This document shows, piece by piece, positions 1 through 12,717 of a DNA stretch of 64,000 nt. Origin of the DNA: Octopus sinensis. Lineage: Eukaryota. Numbering within the stretch: the stretch's first letter is position 1; each line of letters begins with the position of its first letter. A model generated the notes under the pieces. That model saw only the letters and a program-made list of their open reading frames with translations, searched no databases and was not told where the DNA came from. The translations under genes were made by a program, and so were the position numbers. The stretch covers positions 20,460,001 to 20,524,000 of the forward strand of contig NC_043014.1 in NCBI RefSeq assembly GCF_006345805.1, given 5' to 3'.

Positions 1-141
1 TTTTACTACCAGAGGCCTAGCGTATAGAAAAATTAGTCAATAGACTATATATTATTCATATAATGTACACTTTATTTTGTATGAATAATATATATTGTCT
101 ATTGACTAATTTTTCTATACGCTAGGCCACTGGTAGTAAAA
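1..141. repeat. Near-perfect inverted repeat (~60-bp arms, ~20-bp loop), MITE-like palindrome; may extend past the window start
   Basis: 1-60 TTTTACTACCAGAGGCCTAGCGTATAGAAAAATTAGTCAATAGAC... matches the reverse complement of 81-141 with about 2-3 differences. Confidence 0.9.
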
Positions 142-172
142 ATATCTAAAATCTTTATTACCCTTATATTAT

Positions 173-232
<60 letters not shown>

Positions 233-1471
233 CATATTGCAAACTGGTACTGTTGTATAACGGTGTAATGCAATGCAGCAATTTGCTCCTTTTTTTAAAT
301 CCAAAAGTTACAATATAGCTGCCCACGAATAGAGATGTTTTAAATAAGTACGAGACATAAATTTGAAATGGGGTCTTTTGCAGTGAGTAAAAACCGTCTA
401 AACGCTATATACAAACATGACCATCAAAATATTCTCTAAAACCAGTCATGGAAGGGAAAATAAATATATATTACATCATCCTAAATTGGAAAGCTTTTAC
501 GCCGCAGTATAAATTCGAAGAAATATAAAACGAATTAGGAAAAATATAAAATAAATGAAAGTAGAACTAAAATAGAGGAAAATTTTTCAAGAAATTCATG
601 TTATGAAACAATAGGCAAACAAAAGCGTATTGATATCTCAAGAAATTATGATATAATTATGTGTTATAGCTATCATATAATGAGGTATTGAAGATATATA
701 TACGTACACTAAGTTGAAATAGTTGCTGCGCGCTGAAAAAATATACTACACCACTTTTTAATTACCATAGTGACAAAACCATTATTTTAGAAAAAATATA
801 AAGCAATAAAAACAGGCAATGTATGTCTGTGCGTGTGTGTGCGTGTGTGTATGCTTGTGTGTGAATGAGAGGAATTGTCAGTATGTATGTGTGAGAATAT
901 ATGTGTGTTTATGAATGTACAGAGTTGTATATTACATTAAACACAAACATACACACACATATTATATACATATGTGTATGTGCTCTGCGCACTCGCACAC
1001 TCGTGTATGAATATATGCGTATATTATGTAAGACTCAATAATATATATATATATTGATATATAAGCGAAGGTGAATTTATATAATATCATATTATTGATT
1101 TATACGATTGTATGCAAATATGAGAGTATGTAAGTTTGAGTTTATAAAATAGTGGAAATTTATGCCATAAGAGAGTAAGATATAAATATGAGACTGTTTA
1201 CCCTTATAGACGCCAGAGTAACGCATTTTGCCGCTTTTTACGTAATAAATTTAGTATTGGTTATATTTATATCTAAAATATAGATGGACATCTAATAATG
1301 GATGAAATGAGTATAATTACTTACATATATGTAAACACAGACATTTTAACTGTTGCACAATACGAAAAGGCCAAAAAGGTACATGTAAGTGACGGTGAAA
1401 TTGTATATAGGCATTTATGTGCATAGCAATATAAGCCATTATGTATATATATATATACATATAATATAGAT

Positions 1472-1590
1472 CCACGTGGCTTTGTGGTTAGGGTGTTACA
1501 CTCATTATCATAAGATTGTGGCTTCCATTCTGAGCGACGTGTTGTATTCTTGAGCAAAGCTGTTCATTTCACGTTGCTCCAGTCCACCCA
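1472..1590 (+). mobile_element. Decayed tRNA-headed SINE (family B) 5' part
   Basis: Aligns by eye to the minus-strand copy at 12391-12717 (CGTGGCTT.GTGGTTAGGG ... TTGAGCAA ... TTTCACGTTGCTCCAGTCCAC). Confidence 0.7.
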
Positions 1591-1719
1591 GTACATATGG
1601 TTCTGATGCATGTACTTGGTGTACTCTTATCAGAGTGGTAGTCATGATGGGTATATTGGGCTTCGTATATTTGTACCTCAATGCCACTTTTATGGCATGT
1701 GCTGCTCTCTCACTCACTG

Positions 1720-1720
<1 letters not shown>
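1591..1720 (+). mobile_element. 3' fragment of non-coding TAA-flanked family C
   Basis: GGTAGTCATGATGGGTATATTGGGCTTCGTATATTT...GCTCTCTCACTCA matches the end of 39842-40387 and is followed by (TAA)n. Confidence 0.8.
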
Positions 1721-1721
<1 letters not shown>

Positions 1722-1755
<34 letters not shown>

Positions 1756-1776
1756 TAATAATAATAATAATGATGG

Positions 1777-1812
<36 letters not shown>
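1722..1812. repeat. (TAA)n/(TGA)n compound microsatellite
   Basis: Direct reading. Confidence 0.95.
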
Positions 1813-1815
<3 letters not shown>

Positions 1816-2068
1816 CTGTAATTGGCCACAAGGACCCAAGACATGCAGGGCAATATCAAAGGACGAGAAACAACACACAAAACATCGACCAATGGGAGAC
1901 ACTACAGCATTAAAGGATGCACAAATAGAAATTAGATAAATAAATAATAAATAAATAGAATCTTCAAAGGTGTGGTAGTCCACTTCGTGCAATTCCGGGT
2001 AGAATCACACACAAAATGTCCCACAATAAACGATCATGTATTAATGTGTGTGATATATTACGTGTAAT

Positions 2069-2425
2069 AGGCGCAGGTGTGACTGTGTAGGAAGAAGCTT
2101 GCTTCGAAGCCATATGGTTCCGGGTACACCTCGGGCATGTGTTTTCTACTTTAGCCTCGGGTTGAACAAAGGTAGCTGGAAACCGAAAGAAGCCCGTTGT
2201 GTATGTGTGGGGGGTTATGTCTATGTTTGCCCTCCGCTATCACTTGACAACCGGTGTTGTGTTTACGTCCTGATAACTTAGCGTTTCGGCAAATGAGACC
2301 GAGAGAATAAGTACCGGGTTTTAATAAATAAGTTCTGGGACCGATTTATTCGACTAATATTCCTTTAAGGCAGTATCTCAGCATGGCCACAGTCTAATGA
2401 CTGAAACAAGTAAAATATAAAAGAT
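2069..2425 (+). mobile_element. tRNA-headed SINE family A, diverged near-full copy
   Basis: AGGCGCAGGTGTGACTGTGT head, CTTGACAACCGG, GAATAAGTAC, CAGCATGGCCACAGTC..ATGACTGAAACAAGTAAAA tail shared with 17807-18200. Confidence 0.85.
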
Positions 2426-2840
2426 GTATACGTGCATAGTATTAAGTCATTAATATATCGATTTCCAAGAATCCACGTCATGTAACCAAACCACGAGGTT
2501 GTAAAACGAACTTCACAAATATTTAGTCATGTTTGTTTTGACTATGGCCTCGGATTGCTTCAAGTCTTGTGAATGAAACTGGGTAGATGGCAACTCTACG
2601 GACACACACCAGATGGATCGCATCTTGTAATACTGTCATATGGACTCCAACTGAAAATTAAGCTAAGAGTACACATGAGTGAGGAGTATTCAGCGACTTA
2701 ACTCTTGACTCAGTAAGCAGCGAATTCAGGTCATTGACCATCCGAATATTCATTTTCCGATATGTGAAAGCATACACGCGCGCGTGCACACACACGCTTG
2801 CAAGCCCCCGCGCACAAATTATACACACACACACACACAC

Positions 2841-2919
<79 letters not shown>

Positions 2920-3290
2920 CATATACATATTTATATAGGGTAACTGCAGGCATGTGCACTTGCTTACATGTATCTATGTGTACAGGCATGCTCGCATATG
3001 TATACATATATCTATATATTTACTTGTATGTACTTGTAAGAAAGGCGTGCGTCTGATAGAATGAGATTAGTATAATCCTTACTAGAAATACCTTAAGCCA
3101 CCTAGAATGGTTTCGTACTGGTAAGGCCTGTACGTATAACACAGATAAACACATGTCAGGGTTACTAAGAGAATCAGCATATTACACCCATTTGTATGTT
3201 TCATAGATAGCCGTTAACACGTTGTTCACCACTCCACTTGTGGATAGGTATTAATATCTTTTATCCTGTCAGAATATCCTTTCGCACTAA

Positions 3291-3342
<52 letters not shown>

Positions 3343-4717
3343 CCAGTGGCGAATGGATCTACAAATATTGGTTGCCATGAGACTAAGGGGACCCACCCGC
3401 AGCTGCAATGCTATCATTTAATTTTTATGAGGAATAAATAAAATTTTCGAGATAATATATAACAAAAACATGCAAGTGAAATTTTTGCCGAAAAATGTAT
3501 ATTTTTGAATAATCATAATGTATATGTACCGTACATATTACTGGCAGTATATAGGAATACCAAATGTTAATTCAGAATGAAATTTTAAATAAATCTTTCG
3601 GTGAATATATAGTATGCTGTTACTTTGGAAGTGTACTCTTATTTTGAAATTTTTAAACCAAACTGAAAAGACCAATAAATCTATAAATCAATTTCATAAT
3701 TTTTAATGAAGACTTTTACTGTCAAAGTGATAGTTATGTCTTCTTATGAAAATCACGGCATTCTAACCAATACCACGTCTTCATAAATATACATCATTTG
3801 TTTGTTTGTTTGCTCTTTACGAAAGAGATTTCTTTCAAACATGTTCATATATTGTCTTTAATTATACGTACATATGCCGAGAATTCTATCACCCCCACTT
3901 CGATTGCTCTTCTGCTTTTAATATTTTACTTCCTTCTATTATTCTTTTTTTCCATGCTCTTGCCATTACTTTTTTTTATATATAAAGCCCTTATAACATT
4001 TTCAAAATAGCAGTATATTATACATGTATCAATTTTTTAAAGTTCTAAATGATTGGTAGATATTTTTAAATAGTTTACTTGTGCTGCACACTTTACACAT
4101 TAACAGATAGTTCAAATGTGCAAGACGTGTATTATATGCAGTCCACTATATTCAGAACAATTGAGTTTTTCAATAACTTTTTTCCAATACACACATTTTA
4201 CGGAATGATGATGCGGAAGTAACACACGCATGATATATTGCTGGGATCTAAACAACAAAATAAATTTTACTTTAAATCCCCCACCAAGCGAGGCCGTGTG
4301 TGTGCGTGTGTTTGTGTGTGTATGTGTGCGTGTGTGTGTGTGTGTATACCTGTGCCTGTGTGTGTGTGTGAAATTTTTTAAAATTATAAACAGAAACAAC
4401 GGGTGTGAAAAAAATCAGAAATTTTTAATGATTTTTCAATAGCATAAATGTGCTTATAGGGGGAAAATATTGCAAAACAACTAAGGAATTGTTTGACCAA
4501 CTGCTTTGATCAATTGTTTTATTTGGGTCCTTTAAAATCTTTATTCTTTCTCTAAGTCTTCATATATTTTCTTTGAAAGTAAAGTTATTTTTCATACGCC
4601 CCCTACTTACTAGCTTGTCCGCCCCCACCCCCGCATATGGACCCTAATGTCTAAGGAGGCCCGTTTGCTATTGGACACGCTGACAACCTACCAGTACGCC
4701 AATTTATACTCTAGTAT

Positions 4718-4796
4718 TGTATTTGCTGGTAGGCTGCTATTGGCGTGGTAGTGTATTCTACTCCACAACGCCAGTAGCAGCCTACCAACAAATACA
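4718..4796. other. ~79-nt imperfect hairpin
   Basis: TGTATTTGCTGGTAGGCTGCTATTGGCGT pairs with ACGCCAGTAGCAGCCTACCAACAAATACA (28 of 29 positions including one G-U). Confidence 0.85.
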
Positions 4797-4914
4797 TGAA
4801 GTATATACGTTGAGTATATATGGTTGATAATGTTTATAAAATAGCTTTACTGCCATCGATAAATATACAAGTACATAGTTATAAATATATACATTACGAA
4901 CAGATATGTACGCA

Positions 4915-4979
<65 letters not shown>

Positions 4980-5015
4980 CTCTATATATAGATAGATAGA
5001 TAGATAGATAGAAAC

Positions 5016-5071
<56 letters not shown>

Positions 5072-5222
5072 ATATATATATATATATATATAATATACAA
5101 GGGCAAAAAAACTAAAGGATTTTACATTTAGATATAATTGGGGTACTTATGTGTACACATGACTCTAGCTTGTGCTTTTTTCTATTGGTGCGTGTAAGTA
5201 TTTCATTTATTTCTTATCGTAT

Positions 5223-5281
5223 TTTCTACTGAAGATGGAAGAATCCATAGGATTAATCCCGAAATTTATTCAATATAGAAA
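5223..5281 (+). ncRNA. Degenerate minimal type I hammerhead-like motif
   Basis: TTTCTA-CTGAAGA-(GGA..TCC stem II)-GAAA-TTTATTCAA-TA-TAGAAA; stem I has 6 perfect pairs; the 10.1-11.1 pair is mismatched. Confidence 0.45.
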
Positions 5282-6077
5282 TAACGAACTTTTTTTTAAA
5301 ATTCTGTTGGTTAACTTTCCTCGATTTCAACACGACGTGTATTTATAGTGAATGTATAATGAAATGTGGAAATTGACGATTTAAAGTCTGTTCTCAGCAT
5401 ATTGGTATAGAAATAATGGAGAAATCGATATACAGACATCAATTTATTGAAACAAACCTAATTTTGAACCGTATCAAACTCATAGATCCTACGATCATTT
5501 CCATGCCCAATTCATTCAAATTAGAAAAATTAAATTAGAGATTCATAATGAATATAGTTAATTGGACATTTTGTCAGGGTCAGAACTTGATATAAAAAGG
5601 AACTACATAACAATATTGATATACTCTGCATGAAATTCAGATATTTGCTGACATCCGTTTAAGAGGCATTTATATCCTTGAAATAATGATATATAAAGAA
5701 CAAGGAAAACAATAGAATTCAAAAGGATGTAAACAGTATTAGACTGACTCTCAGAGAAATTTTAAGATTGAAAAAGAGTGTGTGGTGTTTCGAAAATGGC
5801 TCTTCGTCAGAAAGAGGAAAGAAGGAAAAAGTCTCGGGGGACGAAATGAATAGTCCGAGAAAGGTATGTGAGTCGTTTCATGTCTGAAAATAAATTAGCT
5901 ACATGAAATGTGTCATGCGTCAGGGATAATGAATGGACTTGGATGGAGTGCAAAAACTTTTCACGTATATAAGCAGCAAGCACACGCGTATACATTTATA
6001 TACACTCATATATGCTTGCCTACATATAAATAAAGATGTATAAACTTATGTGCCTGAATTTGTCTCAGAACATATAT

Positions 6078-6292
6078 TGGTTTCAAACTTTGGCACAAGA
6101 CCAGCAATTTCAAGGGAAGGGGTAAGCCGATTACATGGACCCCACTGTTCAACTGGTACTTATTCTATTAACCTCAAAATGATGAAGTGGAAAGTCGACA
6201 TCGGTAAAATTTGAACTCAGAACGTAAAAAGCGGAAGAAATGCCGCTAAACATTTTACCCAGCTGCTAACGATTCTGCCAGGTCGGTGCCTT
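6078..6292 (-). mobile_element. tRNA-headed SINE family D, diverged
   Basis: Minus strand AAGGCACCGACCTGGCAGAATCGTTAGC...TACGTTCTGAGTTCAAAT...GTCGAC; homologous to 59297-59509. Confidence 0.8.
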
Positions 6293-6627
6293 TATCAGAA
6301 CATATATTAATACTTCAAAATATTATGACGTGTGGGGCAAAATTATGAGATATATTTATGAGAAAATACACATGTGATGTAATATTACTATGTAAACGAA
6401 CTGGATTATTGTAGCAGGGAAACATGAATAATTCAGGGTTAGAAATAATGAAGAATGAAACTAGAAAGTACATTAAGAAATTCAGATTATAAAGCGTAAA
6501 CGATAAAAGTCATAGATAGTGTAAGAGTGAATCAGATGACGTCTACAACAATGGAGTTTAAGTAGATTTCTCTCTCACTTCTTCTCTCTCTCTATCTCTC
6601 TCTCTCTTTCTCCCTCGCTGTATATAT

Positions 6628-6985
6628 AGGCGTGGCTCTGTGCCACCCAATTAAATGGTTCTGGGTTCAGTCTCATTGTGTGGAACCTTGGCCAAGAGTC
6701 TTCTGCTATAGCCTTGGGCCGACCAAAGCCTTGTGAGTGGATGTAGTAAAAGAAGTCCGTCGTATATATATATATATATATATGTATATATTTGTGTGAG
6801 GTTGTTAGTTCCACCACAATCGCTTGACAACCGTAACTTAGCGGTTCGACAAAAATAGGCCGATAGAATAAGTACTACGCTTACAAAGGATAAGTCCTGG
6901 GGTCGATCTCTTCGACTAACTCACTTTAAGTTAGTACTCCAGCACGGCCGCAGTCAAATGACTGCAACAAGTAAAAGAATAAAAT
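6628..6985 (+). mobile_element. SINE family A with internal (TA)n
   Basis: Shares GGGCCGACCAAAGCCTTGTGAGTGGAT, CTTGACAACCG, GATAGAATAAGTACT and the CAGTCAAATGACTG tail with 17807-18200. Confidence 0.85.
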
Positions 6986-7699
6986 AATATGTATCATGTA
7001 TGTGTATGTATGAAAGGCGGAGAGAGAGAGAATATATATATGTGTGTGTGTGTGTGTGTATGTGTGTGTGTGCGTGTGTGTAGTGTCTGTATGTGTATTT
7101 GTGTGTCTGTGTGTTTGCGTGTGTCGGAGAGCGTGCGCGCATGTGTGTATGTTGTATTCTCTGTATTCGTCGCTAGGATTCAGGTTAGAATAGTGCTTAA
7201 GCAAGGTAATTAAATGCTGATGTAGAAAACAATCCTGTTTTTGACGACGTTAAGATGTGAGGAATAACGAAAAATAGTGAAGAAAACGAAACAGTGAAAC
7301 TATTAGGACAACATGCTTAGTTTCTTACTTGCTGCTTCTTTTTTATGTTCCTTTTTTTATCATCTACTGAACACCACAAACGAAGCAATGAAGTTAAAAT
7401 GACAAACCTACAAAAGGTTATATGTATAATGTCCAATACTTGTATATTGAAATACGAAGAAATAGTAATTAAAATCTACTTATTTAAATGAATTTACTTG
7501 TTTCAAAATTTGTCAATCACAAAAATATCTGAAGACAACAGCAAAAGAAAATTGAGATACTGAAGTTTGAGATTATATGCAACATCTTTCAAGTAATTAT
7601 CATCATAATAATTACTCGAATTTTTTGTCAAAAATCCTAATTACATTTCCAATGTACTTGTTAACATCTCTGCAGTTCTTCTTTTGGTTCATTTCTTAT

Positions 7700-8042
7700 T
7701 GACAAATAAATTTGTTTAGATTGCTTGGCTTCAGTTGTTTGATTAAATTCTGGAAGAGTCAGACAACAAACGCCGACTTATACCGGGAACTACCGAAAGT
7801 GACATTGAAGACACAGTGTAGAAGGACGAGGCTAGCTGGACACTGCATCAGGCATACAGATGAACTTGCTAACAGGCTACCAACGGAAGGAAGAAATAGG
7901 AGAGGAAGGAGGAAGACGACCTATATCGACAACTGGAAGATACTGGTATGGATGGGATACAGAAGCTGAAGACCATTATGGAAGATCGTAATGAATGGAG
8001 AAAACGTGTGGAAACAGTCTTAGGGTGTCCTGGGGGGCGACC

Positions 8043-8138
<96 letters not shown>
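7700..8138 (+). mobile_element. RTE-type LINE 3' fragment with (TAGA)n tail
   Basis: ORF 7712-7969 reads LYRELPKV...RRTRLAGHCIRH...GRNRRGRRKTTYID, typical of the post-RT C-terminus of RTE-clade ORFs; followed directly by (GATA)n at 8043-8138. Confidence 0.75.
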
Positions 8139-8141
<3 letters not shown>

Positions 8142-8272
8142 GTGCGTTTTCATATATGTGTGCGTATTGTTATCTCCCCTGTATCTCCGAATCTATTAAT
8201 TATTACAGAGTAAGTAATTGAAGTTAAAAACATGAGAAGCAGATATATCTAATACATTTAAAAGAAGTAATA

Positions 8273-8430
8273 AACGAGAAGTTTACTTCCTAACCATGTG
8301 GTTCCGGGTTCATTCCCACTGCTTGGCACCTTCGAAAGGTATCTTCCGCTAAAGACCCGAGACCTAAGCCGAGCAAAACCTGGCGAATGGATCTGAGGGC
8401 CGGATACTGAAAGAAAGCCTCCCGTCGGAT
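8273..8430 (+). mobile_element. SINE family A 5' half, diverged
   Basis: AACCATGTGGTTCCGGGTTCATTCCCACTGCTTGGCACC...ACTGAAAGAAAGCC. Confidence 0.7.
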
Positions 8431-8482
8431 ATATATATATATATATATATATATTTCCGACGTGCGGCTTTCTTTCAGTAAG

Positions 8483-8535
8483 ACCTGCTGAAGAAAATTG
8501 AGGTGTAATCCAGAATTCGAAATTATGATACAGGT
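8483..8535 (+). ncRNA. Minimal type I hammerhead-like motif
   Basis: ACCTG-CTGAAGA-A.AATT..AATT.C-GAAA-TTATGA-TA-CAGGT; perfect 5-bp stem I, intact core, near-palindromic stem III; A instead of G at 10.1. Confidence 0.6.
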
Positions 8536-9268
8536 ATATCTGTTACCTAATTATACAGATATCAACTGAGTTAAAAATATTAAATTTTCTCTGCTCCTTT
8601 GCCCGATTTCTGTTGGTCTGTTATGATTTTCAGTGAGTTTGGATGCTTGTTTGAGTATTTTAACTTCTTTTCTAGCATTTGTGCACCCTCTGTTATAATT
8701 ATTGGATCTATTCCCTCTCAATCACTGGTTTTTTAATTAATTTTTTTAACTAAACAGTTTGAAACTTCGAATACTGATAGAATTTTTCATGTAGAAAAAC
8801 GGTTTACTCTGAACGCCTTTCCCAAAATTGCGTATTTTAGAATTTATTTCGTGTTAAAGTTGTCGTATTTGGATAATTTCAACCAATGAACGACGTGTAT
8901 TCAGTTGAAGAAAGCTACTGCTGATTGCTCGAAGAGGAACAACTTCCGGATCATCTCTACTAAATGTCACCAAAAGACACCCTATAGAATAAGTAACAGG
9001 CTTAGAAAAATGAAATAAGGACTGGGGTCGATTTGTTCGACTAAACCCTACAGCTCACTGCCGCAGCATCACCACACTCTTATGGGTGAAACTAGTAAGA
9101 GATAAGAGATAAGGTAGGTTATGTAAAAGGGAGCTAAATTTATTAATACAGTAAGAATTTGAATGAATCAATAATCAGACGGAAGTTATTTACTATATAG
9201 GAGTGTGTCTCTACTTGTATCTGCAACTCTGTGTGTGTGTCTGTGTGTGTGTGTGTGTATGTGTGTGT

Positions 9269-9300
<32 letters not shown>

Positions 9301-9631
9301 ACAATTAGCTGATAGTATTACTCAAATACATATACCTGAGTGAAAGGTATATATTGCTTAATCTTAACCACTAGAGCATGTCACATAGTGACTGACAATA
9401 TATGCATCTCTAAGCATGAGCAGGAAGAGTGGAGTAACATTACAGCCATGTGTTGAAGTGGAGTTCGGTTCTGTGGAATTTGAACGAAATATTAGCCTTT
9501 TTCTATACTTTCTAGGAGTAAGCAAAAAGGAAATAACAGTTGCCACCCAAGGAGAAAAACCGGGTTACACAGAGTTATGAGTTGAAGCTTATTTTGCATT
9601 AGTAAAATGGTGCGTGCTTGACATTGGTCAA

Positions 9632-10626
9632 GCAGCTCTGGATACCGTTTTTGTAGAAGACCCCAGCTTGGTCCTCCAACCACGACGTGACTTCAGAAAT
9701 CAAGGCTGCATCATCTGGGAAACGCTTTCCTTTCAAAAACAACTTCATGGGTGGGAAGAGGTGAAAATCAGAGGGTGCAAGATCAGGAGAGTAGGGGGAT
9801 GGGGGAGAAGTTCATAGCCGCACGCCTGTGCTTTTGATCTGGCGACACGCGAGTTGTGGACCGGAGCGTTGTCCTGCAGGAGGAGGATGCCTTTGCTGAT
9901 CTTGCCCCGCCTCTTGATTTTGATAGCTTCTCTTAATTTCCTCAAAAGTGAAGCATAATAGGCTCCTGTAATTGTGGTACCCTTTGCCAGAAAATCTGTC
10001 ATCACTACTCAGTCCTGGTCCCAGAAGACTGTGAGCGTGACCTTGCCAGCGGAGGGCTGCACCCTTGCCTTCTTTGGAGGAGGTGAGTCACGGTGCTTCC
10101 ACTGCATTGACTGGGCTTTGGTCTCTGGATCATAGTGATGGACCCAGGTTTCATCCTGTGTAATCAGTCTTTTGAAATATTTTGACTCATCTTCTTGGCA
10201 AATCTCCAAATTTATCCTCGAGCATTCAACACGTCCTTGCTTCTGGAAAGGTGTGAGCAACCTGGGAATCCATCTGGCAGACACCTTTTGCATATGCAAA
10301 TGGTCATGAATGATAGTTTCCACAGACCCGGTACTAATCTTGACTTCATGGGCTATTTGGCGAATAGTTATGCGTCGATCTTCCAAAATGGCAGCCTCAA
10401 CTTGACGGACAGATGCCTCATCAATGGCAGAAGGGGGGCGACCAGATCTGGGAGCTGTTTCCACAGAGTTCCGACCAAGTTTGAATTCACGATGCCAGCG
10501 TTTTACAAGGTCATATGATGGGCCATCATCACCATAAGTTACTTTCATTTCATCAAAAGTCTCCCGTGGTGTGCGTCCTTTCAAATACAAAAACCAGATC
10601 ACTGCTCGACACTCAACAGGCTCCAT
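9632..10626 (-). pseudogene. Mariner transposase pseudogene
   Basis: HTH N-terminus, WIPRLL, ITQDETW, QDNAPVH and YSPDLAPSD with 34 residues between the 2nd and 3rd Asp; in-frame TGA at 10009-10011; one base missing in the G run at 9794-9798; the usual C-terminal residues are replaced by unrelated sequence. Confidence 0.93.
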
Positions 10627-10778
10627 TTCACACCTGACTCAGTTCAAACACCACAGTTAGTTCAGAGCTGTAATTTCCCACTTAATCTATAGAGATATAA
10701 ATAATTGCACATGCAAAAATTCAGCTAGATCAGACAACTGCAATTGGGTCAGGGGCATTACTTATTGAACGCCCCTCG
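9632..10778 (-). mobile_element. Mariner (DD34D) DNA transposon, 3'-truncated, 5' TIR intact
   Basis: Minus strand begins TA|CGAGGGGCGTTCAATAAGTAATGCCCC (TA at 10779-10780); transposase follows; no matching right TIR found. Confidence 0.93.
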
Positions 10779-10780
10779 TA

Positions 10781-10920
10781 TAGTTAAGTTAAGTTAATTT
10801 TTTGGCTCAAAAAGCAAAAAGCAATGCCATGTAGAGGGATATTGGGTTATGTACAGGGAGGGTGTTCATGCAAAGAGTTCAGGCCATTTCTAGTCAAGAG
10901 AGACTTTGAACCGAGCACAT
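10781..10920 (-). mobile_element. Probable LINE 3' end with (TTAAC)n tail
   Basis: Minus strand ends ...CTTTTTGAGCCAAAAAATTAACTTAACTTAACTA, abutting the mariner TA; clade not determined. Confidence 0.35.
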
Positions 10921-11610
10921 ATAGATTGTGTATGTATGTATGTATATGTATTTACCTGCATACCTGCATATATGCGCATATGTATGGAGGTATGTAAGTT
11001 TGATGCTAAGATGATACGCAAATAAATATGCTTATTTATTTATCTGGTTGGTCAAAAATCAATTACGTTTCACAATCTCTTTCTCCGCTTCTAGTTTATT
11101 TATTTCTAAACATTGTTATTTGATAAGTTGATATGAAAATTTTAATTTCCCGCACTCCATTATACTTGCAATATTATTTACGAGCTTTTTGTAAACCTAT
11201 TTCCAATATATATAAAGTGTGCGTATATCATATAAATATATATATATATATTCGAAATATTAACCAATGATGATAGTACAGATATGATCCTGAAATTATA
11301 ATTGGATTCAGAAAGCTGCCTAATATCCATGGTGTATTTTATTTTCTTTGCGTTGTTTTGTTTTAAATCATTATATTTACCGTTTATTTCCGTTTTTTAT
11401 CCTTAACAACGTCACGGTTGAAGCTCATGTTTCTTCCTCTTTAAAACGCTGTTTGAATATATATTTGCCTTTGATATCTAAGCCTGAAAATTTGTAATAT
11501 TGCAAATGGTTAAAAGTCATTCAGACAAAATATAATCTATCTCCATCAGTTAGCTATAATATAATAAATATATATATATATAATATATATATATATATAA
11601 TATTATTATA

Positions 11611-11634
<24 letters not shown>

Positions 11635-11643
<9 letters not shown>

Positions 11644-12383
11644 AACGGCAGTTTGTCTGTGCGTGTTTCTGTGTGTCTGTTTTCTCGTACCCTCACCCTA
11701 CCACGCTTTCAACCGATTGATGAAACTTGACACACACATAGCCCATGTCATATTCAAAACTAACGCAGCGAAAATTTTGAAAAGTTCCCCCAGTTCTGAA
11801 AAAATCGATAAATTCGACATGGGGTCGAGATAAAAAAAACAAACCACAGACTGTCTAGGGGACGCAACTCAACCTTTTATTACTCTCAAAAAAAAATTTA
11901 CCATAATTTTTTTTCCATTTTTTTTGCTATTTTTTGGCTATAACTCTCTAAAAATGCTTTATAGTTATTTCCCTTACAAACCTGAGCAACGCCGGGCGAT
12001 ACTGCTAGTATCTATATAAACGGCAGTTTGTCTGTGCGTGTTTCTGTGTGTCTGTTTTCTCGTACCCTCACTCTGACCACGGCTTTCAACCGATTCTGAT
12101 GAAACTTGACACACACATAGCCCAATGTCATAATTCAAAACTAACGCAGCGAAAATTTTGAAAAGTTCCCCCAGTTCTGAAAAAATCGATAAATTCGACA
12201 TGGGGTCGAGAATCAGAAACACAAACCACATACCGTCTAGGGGACGCAACTCCACCTTTTTTAACTCTCCAAAAAAATTTACCATCATTTTTTCCATTTT
12301 TTTGCTATTTTTTGGCTATAACTCTCTAAAAATGCTTTATAGTTATTTCCTTACAAACCGAGCAACGCGGGCGATACTGCTAG
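11635..12383 (+). mobile_element. Two head-to-tail ~372-bp non-autonomous Helitron-like units
   Basis: Second unit starts TC (12011); both end with a CC(C/T)G..CGGG-type hairpin then CTAG (12005-12008, 12380-12383); units are near-identical apart from indels. Confidence 0.8.
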
Positions 12384-12390
12384 TTGAACA

Positions 12391-12717
12391 TAAAAAGACT
12401 CCGCCGGTTACGACGACGAGGGTCCCAGCTGATACGATCAACGGACAGCTTGCTCGTGAAATTAACGTGCAAATGGCTGAGCATTCCACAGACACGTGTA
12501 CCCTTAACGTAGTTCTCGGGGATAATCAGCGTGACACAGAGAGTGACAAGGCTGACCCTTTGAAATACAAGTACAACTCATTTTTGCCAGCTGAGTGGAC
12601 TGGAGCAACGTGAAATAAAGTGTCTTGCTCAAGGACACAACGCGTCGCCGGGAATCGAACTCACAACCTTACGATCATGAGCCGAATGCCCTAACCACTA
12701 AGCCACGCGCCCTCACC
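12391..12717 (-). mobile_element. tRNA-headed SINE family B, near full length
   Basis: A box TGGCTTAGTGG, B box GAGTTCGATTC, then CCTTGAGCAAGACAC; tRNA-like cloverleaf incomplete. Confidence 0.9.

Noticed and set aside
10195-10518. 107-aa plus-strand ORF
   Set aside because: Antisense to the mariner transposase.
12640-12717. tRNA gene
   Set aside because: A and B boxes are present but the acceptor stem is not, and the sequence runs into a SINE body.
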